A DNA stretch of 64,000 nt from Phoronis australis (Eukaryota; Animalia; Phoronida), in contig NMRA01000003.1 in the NCBI GenBank assembly GCA_002633005.1, positions 1,664,503 through 1,728,502 of the forward strand, given 5' to 3'. The notes under the pieces are model-generated. The model saw only the letters and a program-made list of their open reading frames with translations. It was not told the DNA's origin and made no database searches. The stretch's first letter is position 1. Every line of letters begins with the position of its first letter. Of this stretch, positions 52,101 to 62,073 are shown one piece after another. The translations under genes and the position numbers were made by a program.

Positions 52101-55100
52101 CAGCTTCTAAAGTCACTGCTATTAACGCTGTTTACAATTTTCATTGGGCTCTGGGTTTCAACTCTTTGCATGTTTTGAATGACAAGCTACAAATTTAAAA
52201 AATATTTGTGATTTGACCTGCATAAATTTAATTTCTATTATCTTCAGATTCAATTTCAAGTTTCACAGTAGTGATCAAACTGTAACCCTACGGGGATCTC
52301 CGAGTCACTCCACATGTTGCCCTGCATTGTCACTGACCTGGCTTCTTTTATGATGAAGGTGCATTGTCATTATCTCTGCTATGTTTACAAAATTTCTATT
52401 CCATCTTGCATATCAGTTATGCTCAAAGGTGGCCCTTTTTGAAATTAAGATATAAAAATTGACCATTGTTTACCCTGTCATTTTGGATGTAATTTGACAC
52501 TATGGTGGAGTCACATGGCATTAAATTTTCTAGAGATAGAAAATGGCTCAGCTGAGTCAGCAGAAAACCAGATATTCTGAATTATGAACATTTCAGTTTT
52601 ATTCCCGACTAAACCTTTTAGAGAACCTGACTGCCCTGGTTCTTTTCACTGAATTTTTTTACATGAACTGCGTGCATCTGGGTTAAGTTTAATTATAGGT
52701 ATTACCTTCCTCGATGACTGCATAATCGTCTGTAAAAGTTGTAGAGTATAGTTCATACAGAGAAAAAACAAAAACACAAGAAATAAAAATAAAAGTATAA
52801 GTACAAGACATGGATAACACAAAAAATCAAAAACTTATTTCCGTTATGGTCTGTAAAATAACAAGTTTGTTCATATTGCCATTATGAGAAATGAACACAC
52901 TATTGAACAGCGTGATCCTGTTATTTGTTGTACTTGTGCTATTTTTGAAATCTTTTGCGTATCGATGATTGCTAAAAAAAAAACAAGGTGACGAATTATT
53001 CTGTTTTTCATAAATATGCATGTTTAGCACTCTAGGCTGGCAGTGTTGCATCATTTGCAACTCAATTCATTAGCAGTATAACGGAAAACAGTCAATTGAT
53101 AGTATTAATTATTTCCTATCAAGCTTTTTGGGGTAAATCGGAATTGGAATATAGTATTTTGCAATCATAAAAGAATGTTTATCTCATACATTCACTGTCA
53201 TAATTAACCGCATTGTTGATGTGAGAACTGAATAATACAGGATGTTTGCAAGATGAGTCGCTTGCTTTGAGAGGCCTCACCCTGGCAGCATGTCCATTGA
53301 CGTTAATGGTGATCAGTTATGTTCCATGCTTGATCTTGTGTGAATGAACTTTAAAATCAGTGCATATGTAAACACCAACACACTCAAATTTTGGCCAAAA
53401 ACAAATTTGACCGTGTATTGTAACCTCTGCTTAGATACCACTCACCAACTTGTACCATCACATATTTTACAGTTTTGAATAGTTTCATGTCCTTGAATTT
53501 AGTTGGCGCACTCAGGATGGGAGTCTTCCAGATAATGGGCGGGAGGGCACTACTGCACATTCACGGTTCAATCGGTCCATTGCCATACTTTGGAGACCGG
53601 GGAAACAGCTTCCCAAGATATTTACTAAGTGATCAAGTCTCGTACCATTTCTTCTTCTCAAGTTGATAACTGAGATGACAAAAAAGCCGCAACTGCACTA
53701 TTTATTAGTGTTTATGTTGAATCTATGAACTGTCTGAGTTGTTGTGTTTTCACTGCATGGTCAACATAGGCCAGTTTGTCAGGCTGTTGTTTCAAGTTGT
53801 TATTTATTTGGCAGGGCCTCCGGATTCTCCTACGAATGTTCGACTGAGTGTGGCTAGTTCATCGTCTCTAATAATCCATTTTGATGAGCCTGACTCAAAC
53901 AACAGTGCAGTTGTCACCAAGTATAAAGGTGAGTCAGTGAATGTTTCAAGCTGGCACTTGACGGTTGTCTTAGCAACCACTAATGACACGACCATTGTTT
54001 GAAATTGGTATACTAAGAATACTCTTCTTTGTTTGTTGATCGAGTTGAAATCTAAATTTGGAACTACGAACTTACATAAAACATAATTAGTGCCCTTGTT
54101 CTATATATATATCGCCATGTACAACAAATTAAGTGGTGTATTAATGCATGCTGGTATTAATTATAACTGGTGTATCAGTAGTTTGATTATCTTGGATCGT
54201 TGGGTAGCTTTTTTACTCTTTATATGTTAGGCTATTGTTTAAATTTGGAACTACGAACTTACATAAAACAATAATTAGTGCCCTTGTTCTACATATATAT
54301 ATATATATCGCCATGTACAACAAATTAAGTGGTGTATTAATGCATGCTGGTATTAATTATAACTGGTGTATCAGTAGTTTGATTATCTTGGATCGTTGGG
54401 TAGCTTTTTTACTCTTTATATGTTAGGCTATTGTTTGAAGACATTTCAAATGACATTGATTCTATTCTCAGTGGAATGGAGTTGCCACCCGTCGTTCACC
54501 CCCGTCATTGGCGATGCCATCTTAGAAGATTTAAGGCATCTCAGCTATGAGATCCCCAATTTGCTGCAGGGAACACGGTATTATGTCCGAGTTACAGCCT
54601 GGAACATCAAAGGTTACGGCCCTCCCGCACTTTCCAACCCACCATTTGCTGTCCCTTCAAGTAGGTTTTGCACTGAAAGAGTTTGTTTTTTTTCATCTCA
54701 CTAATGTTTTAAGCAGCTCTGAACTCGCATTCCGTCAAAGAAACTGAATTTTCATTTAGGGTACTCACCACTGCCATAAAATTGGTCTCGTCTTGTTCCA
54801 TACTCAAATGAGAAGTGATTTTTAGTCTCGCAAAAAAATGACTGTTTCCTGCTGCTCAAGCCCGTGCTCGACGAACAAGATGACAGACTGTGACAAATTT
54901 ACTTGTAGAGTGTGACAAATTTACTTGTAGAGCGTGACAAATTTACTTGTAGAGTGTGACAAATTTACTTGTAGAGCGTGACAAATTTACTGGAGAGCGT
55001 GACAAATTTACTTGTAGAGCGTGACAGATTTACTTGTAGAGCCTGACCTTCTGCAATAACCAACAGTGAGCTCTTTTGAAGCCCAGACATTACAGTTATT

Positions 55101-58100
55101 CTGTCCGAGGAACATTTTCAGAACAATTTTGTAATGGGGAGTGGTTTAAATCGAAATATGTCTTTTGTGACAGAAGGTGAGCTTATAACCAGTTGGACGA
55201 TTGCATTTGGGCAAATACAGAAAGTCACTCAGTGAATTATAAAATTTACTCCTTATTGTTCAAGAGACATTATATGGTATCCCATCATAAATGCAGAACT
55301 AGTTGACCTGTTAAAACCTGTTCCATAAAGTGAGTACCCTATTAAGTGCTCAGTTCTTGAACAGGTGCTCGTGATCACTCTCAATAGCTAGTTTGTTTAG
55401 AAATCCAAGATGACATCTGACGTGACTTTAGATTTGAGGCGATTACCTAAAACAATAATAATGAGCCTAAGCAGTAATTGTTGGATGTCTAGCACCTTAT
55501 GCACAACGAGATCGTAGGAGGTAATTGTGGTGAATTTGGCACAGAAATATTTTAATCAAATGAGCTTGCTTTATGTTGATTATAGGGGTGTTTCTGTGTG
55601 TTCTGTCACCTCTGAAACAGTCATTCATGTGGTATAATTTATCAAAGTTTCATAAGTTCAAATAGTAAGAACTAGTTGCCTGTCAAAATGATCGTTCTAG
55701 AACTGATTTGTTGACATCTGCTGTTGTAAATGCCATTTTCGAATTGAGGCGAGTGTTTTCTGTTGAACAACAGTGAGCTGTCACTTTGGGTGGGTGCCCG
55801 CATACTCGTTTTGAGCAAGCGCATGCTGTATTGAACAGGCTTCAGGACTACTTTTATTCTGAACCAGGTTGGCGAGAACACAGCAACACAGTACCACGCT
55901 CCTATGGAAAACTAGCACTCCTTGATGACCTATTCAGTAGTATCAGGGACTCGCGTCCAGCTGACGCTTCAGAAATTAAAAACATGATTGAGGACAAGCA
56001 TTCGTCGCCAAGCAGTTCCCCGATTTATCAACGAAAGAGTTCCTCTCACAACATGAAACGCAGTATTAAGAGTCTGTTCTCTTCAGCACCAAAGTTTCAA
56101 AAGAATCTCAAGAGGTATGAAACTTATACAAATGCCGAATTTGACCCAAATTGATCTTTTTGTCATTTATTGTAGGCAATGTATCCAAAAACGTTCTTGG
56201 TCAACAAAATTCATCTTCTGATATTGCCTTATTGGTCACAAAACAATCGCCACAACATTAAATTTTCTTTAAGTTGTGCCTTACAGGGCTTGGAATTTTC
56301 CGCGGAAACGCGGATTTCCGCTTTTTTCAAATGTGCTTTCCGCTTTTTTTATAATATTTCCGCGTAAAAAAATCGGATTTGATATAAAATTTCCGCGGCA
56401 AATTCCTTTCTTACCGCGGCGTTGCAGACGACATTCACCTCGAAAAGCGGAAATTGCTCTTTATGTTTCGGAGGAACGTAAATTGTCAACATTGCCGGGG
56501 CATCTGGGACAGCGTGGTGTGATTTTCAATGGCGTCTCGTGTTATTGTTAAGCGCGGCGGCAAATACTACCGCTCTGCAGCCAAAAATGTGTGGGTTGGG
56601 AGTGGACGGGCGAGCTAAAAGGACGCAGACGCATGCTACTGATGGTGGGAACATTTTTTTTTTTTTTTTTATTTTTATTTTTTCTTTTAAAATTTTTTTA
56701 GTCCTCCTGATGTTTGTCAGGGAAAGGTTTACATTGACCATTTAAAGACTGTTTATCGGGCATGATTTGGGCCGTAAAAGTTTCCGCGTTTTTTGTCATT
56801 GGTCATTCCAAGCCCTGGCCTTAAAAATTAGGAGATTTTTCTGAATCTGAAGTTGTAGTAAACATGATTTTGATCCCTGAATAAGTTGAAATTAGGGAAC
56901 ATCAGACCTACGACCAGGAAGGTGAACCACAGGCTCCTTTAGTTAACTTGTGTAAGTTCCAGCTGAAGATGGTCCTACAAATTAAATTGAAGTGATAAGA
57001 TTTAATTGAGATGACTAGGGCAAACCATTAATTTATCGTAACTTTTTTCTAGTCGAGGTGTCTATCTTGCCTGCCTATTCTACAATGAAGATAGAATCCT
57101 TGTGACTACTGAGGAAAACTTGCCCATTGTTGAAGTGGATGAGAACTTCTCTGGTGTTAGCTTGCACGCTGACTTCCATTGGCTAATGAAGGTGGCCTGT
57201 ACATGGGATGATGTCAAGGCACTCAAGCAGGATATGGATAAGAGCTCCAGCTCCAGTATTGTACATTTCCGCAGCAAACTGCTGCAGGCTGCAGGCAACA
57301 TGCAGGTATGGGGAATGTGTGACAATGTGCTGCTTAATGTAGTTTGCAGTAAAATATCGTAAACTGCAATCCCACTGCATCCACTGTTCATGTGTATATG
57401 GCAGATTCACAATGATCGTTACTGTTCAGGTAGTGAGCAGCCAATTGACACCCTCCTGCACTCATGTACAGTTGATGACTCATTTATCAAGTATTGAAGT
57501 TTCAAATGTCTCGCGGTTGTCAAAAATTGTTGTACATGTTTTGATGTTCAGTTTTCATTGACGAACTTTTAATCTTGTATTTCTAGTCTGCCCTTAGTGT
57601 GCATGATCTTGGTCAGTTCTACTTCAAGCCAGTAAAGGATGCCAATGGTTCTATTGTCCTAACCACCATCTCGTACATTAAAGACCCCAAGATGGTGGCA
57701 GGGGCCTCGGTCAAGTGGATGCCCTTGGGCAAGATCCAACGGAGGATATCTTCATGTAGTGACCTCATGTCTGCACCTGATATGTTGGTCACTTCCATAT
57801 CGGTGAGTTGACGTAGGTTATAGGTGATGTAGTTTGAACTTCCTTGGGTCTTTTTGGTGATAATTAGTTCATAGTTCAGAGAAACTGTTTTGGTATTTTC
57901 GTAAGGATACTGCGTCTGATGACCCTTTCTGGTTAATTTTTTGTCAGCCCCCAGGTGTTAGCGCGAAGCGGGGGAACATATAGGTTATGAAAGAATGTCA
58001 TTATGTCACACAATGTTGTTGCCATGATATCTCCAAATGGAATTAAGCTGGACTGAGACTGTGTTCATATATTGCACTGAGGTGTAGGTGGAACATCTCC

Positions 58101-59998
58101 AAGCACTAGTCGATTTTGGTGACCTTGACGTAATTTTCAAGGCCACAGCTAGAAAATTAAGTTCTCACTTAGAAAATGTTGTTGCCGAAAAAAGCTGCAG
58201 ATTTTGTTCATATTTCGTACCAAGATGTTGGTAGGATATCTCCAGGCGCCAGTCAATATTGGTGACCTTGATATCATTTTCAAGGTCACAGCAAGTTTTT
58301 ACGCAATATCTCAAGGAGGAACATCAACAGTTTCTTCATATTATGTACTGAGATGTAGTTTTGGTACATGTGGTGACGGGTCACTCTGTGACAACTGCTC
58401 ATTTTCTATAAAACCTAGGTATACTTACCGGTAATTCACTGACAATTATTTTCACTATGATTGCCATTCAGTTAAACTGACATGGTAACCTTACTTTAAA
58501 ATAATTTTATTGTTAATTAGCAGTGTGCTGGGTATGATAATTTATTCTTATCATTCTCTATCTACATGACATCATACCATTAACTAGTCTTATTGCCGTG
58601 TCTGCAAGACATGATAATATGCACTAGTCTTATTGTTATCTGTCTACTGGACATGACACTATACACTGGTCTTATTGTTATCTGTATACTGGATATGATA
58701 CTATATACTAGTCTTATTATTATGTGTCTATTGGACATGACACTTTATACTAGTCTTATTGTTATCTGTCTACTGGACATGATACTATATACTAGTCTTA
58801 TCTGTCTACTGGACATGATGCTTTACAATAGTCTTATTGTCTCTGTCCATAGGACAAGATACTATACATTAGTCTTATTGTTCCGTGTCTATGGGACATT
58901 GTACTGTACACTAGTCTTATTGTTCTCTGTTTACAGGACATGATACTATATCACCAAGTGAGCACAATACCACTGCCTCAGGGACTTTACCTGGGATACC
59001 TCAAACTGAGAAGTACTGTCGATCTGATACGGCTCATAGTTCAAGAGAAGAGGCCCAATGTATTACCATATACAAAAATCCGCGACTGTCCCAATGTGTC
59101 ACGTGAGGAGTGGGAGTGGCTACAGGCACTGGGTACCAATGACACACGAGAGGCTCCACTAGAAAGCCAACTTCAGTTTCAGAATGTCATTGTCTCTGCA
59201 ACTAAACGTCTCCTTGGACATTTAGGTAACCTTTGTGAACTGTCCAGAATTCTTTTATGTAACTGTAGGATTTCTACAGTTTGTTAGGGTCATTACATGG
59301 GTGGCGCACCATAGGGGGCTGGGGGGGGGCTAAACCCCCCACTTTTTTCAGTGCTACGCCGCACATGTGCTATGGGCGGTGTGCCACAGGGTGACTGAGG
59401 GGCTTTAGCCCCCACTTTTTTCAGTGCTGCGCCGCCCATGCATTAGACAAAGTGTCCTTGTCTCCTAGCAATTTTCATGTTACTGAAATTATGCAATTTG
59501 ATTACCATATTTAATGGTTACTATAATGAAAGCTATTATCACATTCATGTAATGGGCGAGGAGATGAAATCAGGATAATCACACTTTAATCACTATCATC
59601 ACTCTAATAAAGACATTCCTGTCTCACATCACATATAGTATTAACTGTTTTACATACCCTTAAGGGTAATAAGAGTCTGTCTATTGACTTCTTTTAAATA
59701 TTGGAATTTTACATTTAGAAGGTTGTAAAGTTGCAATAAATTATTAAAATGCATTTCTAAGTATTGTATAATCTTAATATCAAATATCAAATTTAGTGGA
59801 AGATTAATTATAATTGTGCCCGTCTTGAGTGAGCCGACACTCGCTGGCAGGTCTAAGCTATGTAGAACTTGACCACTATGTCCATTGAAACATTTGTAGC
59901 CATATATCTTTTCTGAAATGGTGACCAGAGACCAAGGCCCTATATACACAATATTAGTTCAGAGGCTCTTTCGAGGACCAGGTAGTCTATGTACATAA

Positions 59999-60046
<48 letters not shown>

Positions 60047-62073
60047 ATATGTATTTTATAATAGTTGAGAGGCTCTTTATATTGAAAAATTCAGCTAGAA
60101 TCTCAGTAGGTAGTTTTTTGTTTGTCCTAACCCTCATTGAGCTGTGCCAACCCATCTGACAAATACACTGCTCTTTATGTCAGGTGTGAGTGAGGATGAA
60201 GCAGTCTCACATCGTCTTTATAACCTGGAGCTGATCGAGTTTGGAGGTGGAGTCAACTTTATTCTGCTCATGCCTCCTGCTGACTCTGTGTGCAGCGTAC
60301 CTTGCCATAGTGAAGACATGACAGAGAGGCAAGATTGTCTAGCTCTACCCGTTCAAGTCTTTGAAATGAGTAAGTGCACACCTGTGTGCTCCTAGTTGAG
60401 TAATGCTACAGAAGTGACTTTGAGGAAGTAATGTTGACACCCTTTAATGCTTCTGAAATGACATGAATATTTTTTTATAGAAAGCATTTAAGTTCATAGT
60501 TCTAAGAATGACGTCATTGAAATGAATTTCCACTTCATTTACAGAAAATGTTGCAGTGAATGCCCTTTAAAAGATTATCTACATAACTGGCTTAGTGCTG
60601 CCTTCTTTGGTTTGTTGTGCTATTGTAATATCATTTGTGCAGGTCAAGTGTGGTTAACCTCACATGGTCTTTCCTTCACAAGTTATTAGTCAGGTCATTA
60701 GACTGTAAAGTGCTAGGCCAGCTGGGTAGTGGAGGCCACTGTCTCAGTGGGACTGGCCTAATACAAAAGGCCAGCTCACAGCATGCCACAGAACATTGAC
60801 TTGGCTTATACTGTCTTTGGAAAGCTGCCAACTTTGTCCACACTAGTACAACATACAGTTGATTTACTTGCTGTATTTATATAAAATGTCATTTTGCAAG
60901 TAAGTGCTCTTGAGATAAATATCAGTTTAGCATTCATGGCACAAACATAACCTCCCAAAAGGAACAGTTGATTTTACCACAGGAATTTAAAATCATTTTT
61001 ATACCTTACTTCACGTTTTTATTTCTCTGTTCAATCTTTACGGCAAGTAATTAATGGGATCGTTGCTCGTTTATTCCAGTCCACATGTGCACGTATCAGT
61101 ATGAGTTCATCAGTCGTTACTCGCGACTCTCCTCCATTCTGGAGATGGACCTTCATCTAGCCCAACTGGCACAGAGACAAGCCTTCTCCACAGATGAATT
61201 GGCCACAGCTAAAGACCGTCTAGAACAACTGTCTCAGTTTCAGAACACCCTAGATGATGCCTGGCGTGGTATGCGCTGGACAATTGATGTAATAACAAAT
61301 GCTAGAGACAAAGCAAGCAACTGCGGTATACCGCTGGGTGTGTTATTCGCTCCACCACCGAGCCCCGAGGACTCACCATTCATGAACCGTAAAGAGGCTG
61401 AAACAGACCTACACTCGGAGCATAGTGACACTGGCTATCAGAGTGATCGTAGTTCTACGTCCACTGGCATCCACGATGGTCAGTCAGTCAAGAACGGCTA
61501 CATGTCTGATGTCAACTCAAATACTAAGGAAGTGGCATCACACAGTCAGGCCAGTAACCAGAGTGGCATTCTACGTGTGTATGCAGCCTACGATACAGGT
61601 ATACACCATAGTCTGCTAGCTTTCTACTGAAAACCACTGCTTAATTATAAAGTGGTTATCAACATGCATGAAATTGTTAGCCCAAATTCGTTTTGGCCCA
61701 AATTTCTAGTCACTTTCTCAGCTCTCCTCACAACACTCTCTATCATTACTATTGATTGGTTGCAGGTCTTGCTAAGGGGACAAGTGTCAAGCTGCACGTT
61801 ACAGTGAGGACAACATCACGAGAGGTGGTCAATTTAGTGATTGAGCAGCTGAACAAGGCAGCGTGCCTGAAGGGACTTAAACCAGTCACCTATTCTGAAG
61901 AGGAATTTGAGGACTATTGCCTGGTGGCTGTGCTTGGTGCTAGGGAGCGGGTATTGAGAGACGATTATCAGCCGCTCCAGTTACAGAACCCTTGGACAAA
62001 GGGACGTTTGTTTGTTAGACAGGTCAACAATGTGTTGGCCGCTCTTGAACAAGTTCAGTCCACAACTGTGTGA
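24867..62073 (+). CDS. ANKFN1: Multi-exon gene model: ankyrin repeat and fibronectin type III domain protein (ANKFN1 / wide awake / banderuola family) with C-terminal Ras-association domain. join(24867..25183 tentative, 35941..36044, 36759..36871, 49055..49133, 53815..53928, 54472..54660, 55868..56114, 57053..57305, 57587..57802, 58937..59225, 60184..60369, 61080..61598, 61766..62073)
   Basis: All introns are GT-AG and phases match at every junction. The 12 core exons total 2617 nt and are stop-free to TGA at 62071-62073. Peptides match recalled ANKFN1/WAKE motifs: LTPLDVAVMTNHVPMAKMLLSHGARE, WEFRHRLLKRMKAGYDYA, FN3 YYVRVTAWNIKGYGP, RGVYLACLFY..ILVTTEENLPIVEVD, GLYLGYLKL, GILRVYAAYDTGLAKGTSVKLHVT. 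The 5' end is uncertain. Confidence 0.93.
26003..26345. mobile_element. Tc1/mariner-type MITE
   Basis: TA|CAGGGTGTCCCAAAAATGTGCACTCAC ... GTGAGTACAGTTTTTGATATACCCTG|TA: imperfect TIRs with a TA TSD. A lone copy of the same terminus lies at ~35777. Confidence 0.8.
26670..26935. repeat. Two related (TCA/TCG)n low-complexity blocks, each ending GTTAATTTCGCCAAG
   Basis: Blocks at ~26670-26762 and ~26840-26933. Confidence 0.8.
27070..27830 (+). mobile_element. Interspersed repeat with internal ~135-145-bp tandem subunits (HINE-like); relatives at ~3180-3500, 19770-19950, 22745-22930, 37750-38150
   Basis: Recurring CTGACTACTGTGGCG.CCCCTA.TGGCAATTT subunit at 27075, 27209, 27349 and 27497, and at the other loci. 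Confidence 0.6.
30421..30579. mobile_element. Degenerate hAT-like MITE (CAGTGGCGGATCCA...TGGATCCGCCACTG type)
   Basis: Starts CAGCTTCGGATCCAGGATTTT..GGGGGGC and ends GGCCCCCCCTCTAAATCCGCCACT. Confidence 0.6.
35941..36044 (+). CDS. ANKFN1: Exon: ankyrin repeat (MNNEDLTPLDVAVMTNHVPMAKMLLSHGARENPL)
   Basis: Acceptor ctatttacag, donor T|GTAAGT. Ankyrin TPL...LL.HGA consensus. Missed by the ORF track. Confidence 0.95.
36759..36871 (+). CDS. ANKFN1: Exon: helical linker after the ankyrin repeat (SDGAMLVTKLDQLVCDAERKVENLTSLVVNGNSSQQK)
   Basis: Acceptor gtccgcag, donor AAG|GTAAAC. Phase 1 in, phase 0 out. Confidence 0.9.
37040..37185. repeat. Degenerate (GAT/GGT)n low-complexity tract
   Basis: GATGATG and GATGGTGATGGT runs. 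Confidence 0.75.
39078..39327. mobile_element. Degenerate MITE with G/C-run subterminal motifs
   Basis: CATGCGCTCAC...GGGGGGGAGGCTC at the left and GAGCCCCCCCATGTGCACGTATG at the right. GGACCTTTT duplicated internally. Confidence 0.5.
43600..43690 (-). mobile_element. tRNA-derived SINE head / tRNA pseudogene
   Basis: Minus strand reads GGTCTTGATAGCTCAGTGG...CCGGGTTCAATCCCCTGTCGGAAC, with Pol III A box and B box. Acceptor and anticodon stems do not pair properly. Confidence 0.7.
49055..49133 (+). CDS. ANKFN1: Exon: ENEKNLSQWEFRHRLLKRMKAGYDYA (conserved pre-FN3 segment)
   Basis: Acceptor ttttctttttag, donor A|GTGAGT. Resembles the vertebrate EKEKQLKAWEWRYRLYRRMKTGFEHA segment as recalled. Not in the ORF track. 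Confidence 0.93.
50330..53618. repeat. Diverged tandem duplication of ~1.6-1.7 kb of intronic DNA (copy 1 ~50330-52021, copy 2 ~52022-53618)
   Basis: Colinear blocks, e.g. GCTGTTTACAATTTTCATTGGGCTCTGGGTTTCAA at ~50427 and ~52127, GCTCAGCTGAGTCAGCAGAAAACCAGATATTCT at ~50848 and ~52546. Both copies end GGAAACAGCTTCCCAAGA. Confidence 0.95.
53815..53928 (+). CDS. ANKFN1: Exon: FN3 domain N-terminal part (PPDSPTNVRLSVASSSSLIIHFDEPDSNNSAVVTKYK)
   Basis: Acceptor tttggcag, donor G|GTGAGT. FN3 strands A-C signature. Confidence 0.95.
54054..54436. repeat. Near-identical tandem duplication of ~190 bp in the FN3 intron
   Basis: AAATTTGGAACTACGAACTTACATAAAAC...GTTAGGCTATTGTTT at 54054-54240 and 54241-54436. 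The copies differ mainly in TA-run length. Confidence 0.95.
54472..54660 (+). CDS. ANKFN1: Exon: FN3 domain C-terminal part (VEWS...YEIPNLLQGTRYYVRVTAWNIKGYGPPALSNPPFAVPS)
   Basis: Acceptor attctcag, donor A|GTAGGT. Classic FN3 L..GT.Y.VRV.A.N..G.G motif. Confidence 0.95.
54890..55046. repeat. 22-bp minisatellite (GTGACAAATTTACTTGTAGAGY) x ~7
   Basis: Direct inspection. Confidence 0.95.
55868..56114 (+). CDS. ANKFN1: Exon: SWREHSNTVPRSYGK...KRSIKSLFSSAPKFQKNLK
   Basis: Acceptor ttctgaaccag, donor AG|GTATGA. Phase 1 in, phase 2 out. KF.K.LK motif of the family. Confidence 0.92.
56284..56817. mobile_element. Non-autonomous TIR DNA transposon (hAT-like CAG termini), 13-bp perfect TIR, 6-bp TSD GCCTTA
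   Basis: GCCTTA|CAGGGCTTGGAAT ... ATTCCAAGCCCTG|GCCTTA. CpG-rich interior with TTTCCGC subterminal repeats. Confidence 0.9.
57053..57305 (+). CDS. ANKFN1: Exon: RGVYLACLFYNEDRILVTTEENLPIVEVDE...DFHWLMKVACTWDDV...KLLQAAGNMQ
   Basis: Acceptor ttttttctag, donor CAG|GTATGG. Conserved ANKFN1 core. Confidence 0.95.
57587..57802 (+). CDS. ANKFN1: Exon: SALSVHDLGQFYFKPVKDANGSIVL...MLVTSIS
   Basis: Acceptor gtatttctag, donor TCG|GTGAGT. 216 nt, phase 0/0. Confidence 0.93.
57937..58402 (+). mobile_element. Helentron-associated (HINE / pearl-like) non-autonomous element
   Basis: 5' T-run plus GTCAGCCCCC...GGGGGAAC subterminal pair. Two internal units carry GGTGACCTTGA..ATTTTCAAGG.CACAGC. 3' palindrome GTCACTCTGTGAC. 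Confidence 0.6.
58560..58951. repeat. ~42-bp minisatellite overlapping the splice acceptor at 58937
   Basis: Unit ACTAGTCTTATTGTTATCTGTCTACTGGACATGATACTATAT, about 9 diverged copies. The last copy contains the real CAG|GAC junction. Confidence 0.93.
58937..59225 (+). CDS. ANKFN1: Exon: DMILYHQVSTIPLPQGLYLGYLKLRSTVD...KIRDCPNVSREEWEWLQ...RLLGHL
   Basis: Acceptor ctgtttacag, donor G|GTAACC. GLYLGYLKL and VS.EEWEW family motifs. Confidence 0.95.
59296..59440. mobile_element. Short dimeric MITE with 5-bp TSD CATTA
   Basis: CATTA|CATGGGTGGCGCA ... TGCGCCGCCCATG|CATTA. Two tandem ~72-bp units each end CCCCCACTTTTTTCAGTGCT.CGCCGC.CATG. Confidence 0.75.
59995..60052. repeat. (TA)n(TG)n compound microsatellite
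   Basis: Direct inspection. Confidence 0.95.
60184..60369 (+). CDS. ANKFN1: Exon: GVSEDEAVSHRLYNLELIEFGGGVNFILLMPPADSVC...LPVQVFEM
   Basis: Acceptor tttatgtcag, donor A|GTAAGT. HRLY and LP.Q.FE motifs. Confidence 0.94.
61080..61598 (+). CDS. ANKFN1: Exon: IHMCTYQYEFISRYSRLSSILEMD...Ser-rich linker...GILRVYAAYDT
   Basis: Acceptor ttattccag, donor G|GTATAC. Largest exon; ends in the first strand of the RA domain. Confidence 0.94.
61766..62073 (+). CDS. ANKFN1: Last coding exon: Ras-association (RA) domain, ends ...LAALEQVQSTTV*
   Basis: Acceptor ggttgcag. GTSVKLHVT..TTSREVVNLVI...YCLVAVLGARERVLRDDYQPLQLQNPWTKGRLFVR fits an RA-domain pattern. TGA at 62071-62073. Confidence 0.94.

Noticed and set aside
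55786-55867. 5' in-frame extension of the 55868 exon (GGCPHTRFEQAHAVLNRLQDYF)
   Set aside because: No in-frame ATG, upstream AGs are in the wrong phase, there is a stop at 55774, and family similarity starts at SWRE.
58593-58943. 116-aa hydrophobic repeat ORF as an independent membrane protein
   Set aside because: Translation of the 42-bp intronic minisatellite, with a non-ATG start and a frame change.
4415-59262. Circadian D-box (TTAYGTAA) and E-box enrichment, tempting because wake is clock-controlled
   Set aside because: The roughly ten D-box-like hits are near chance expectation for AT-rich DNA, and I saw only one CACGTG (~33431).
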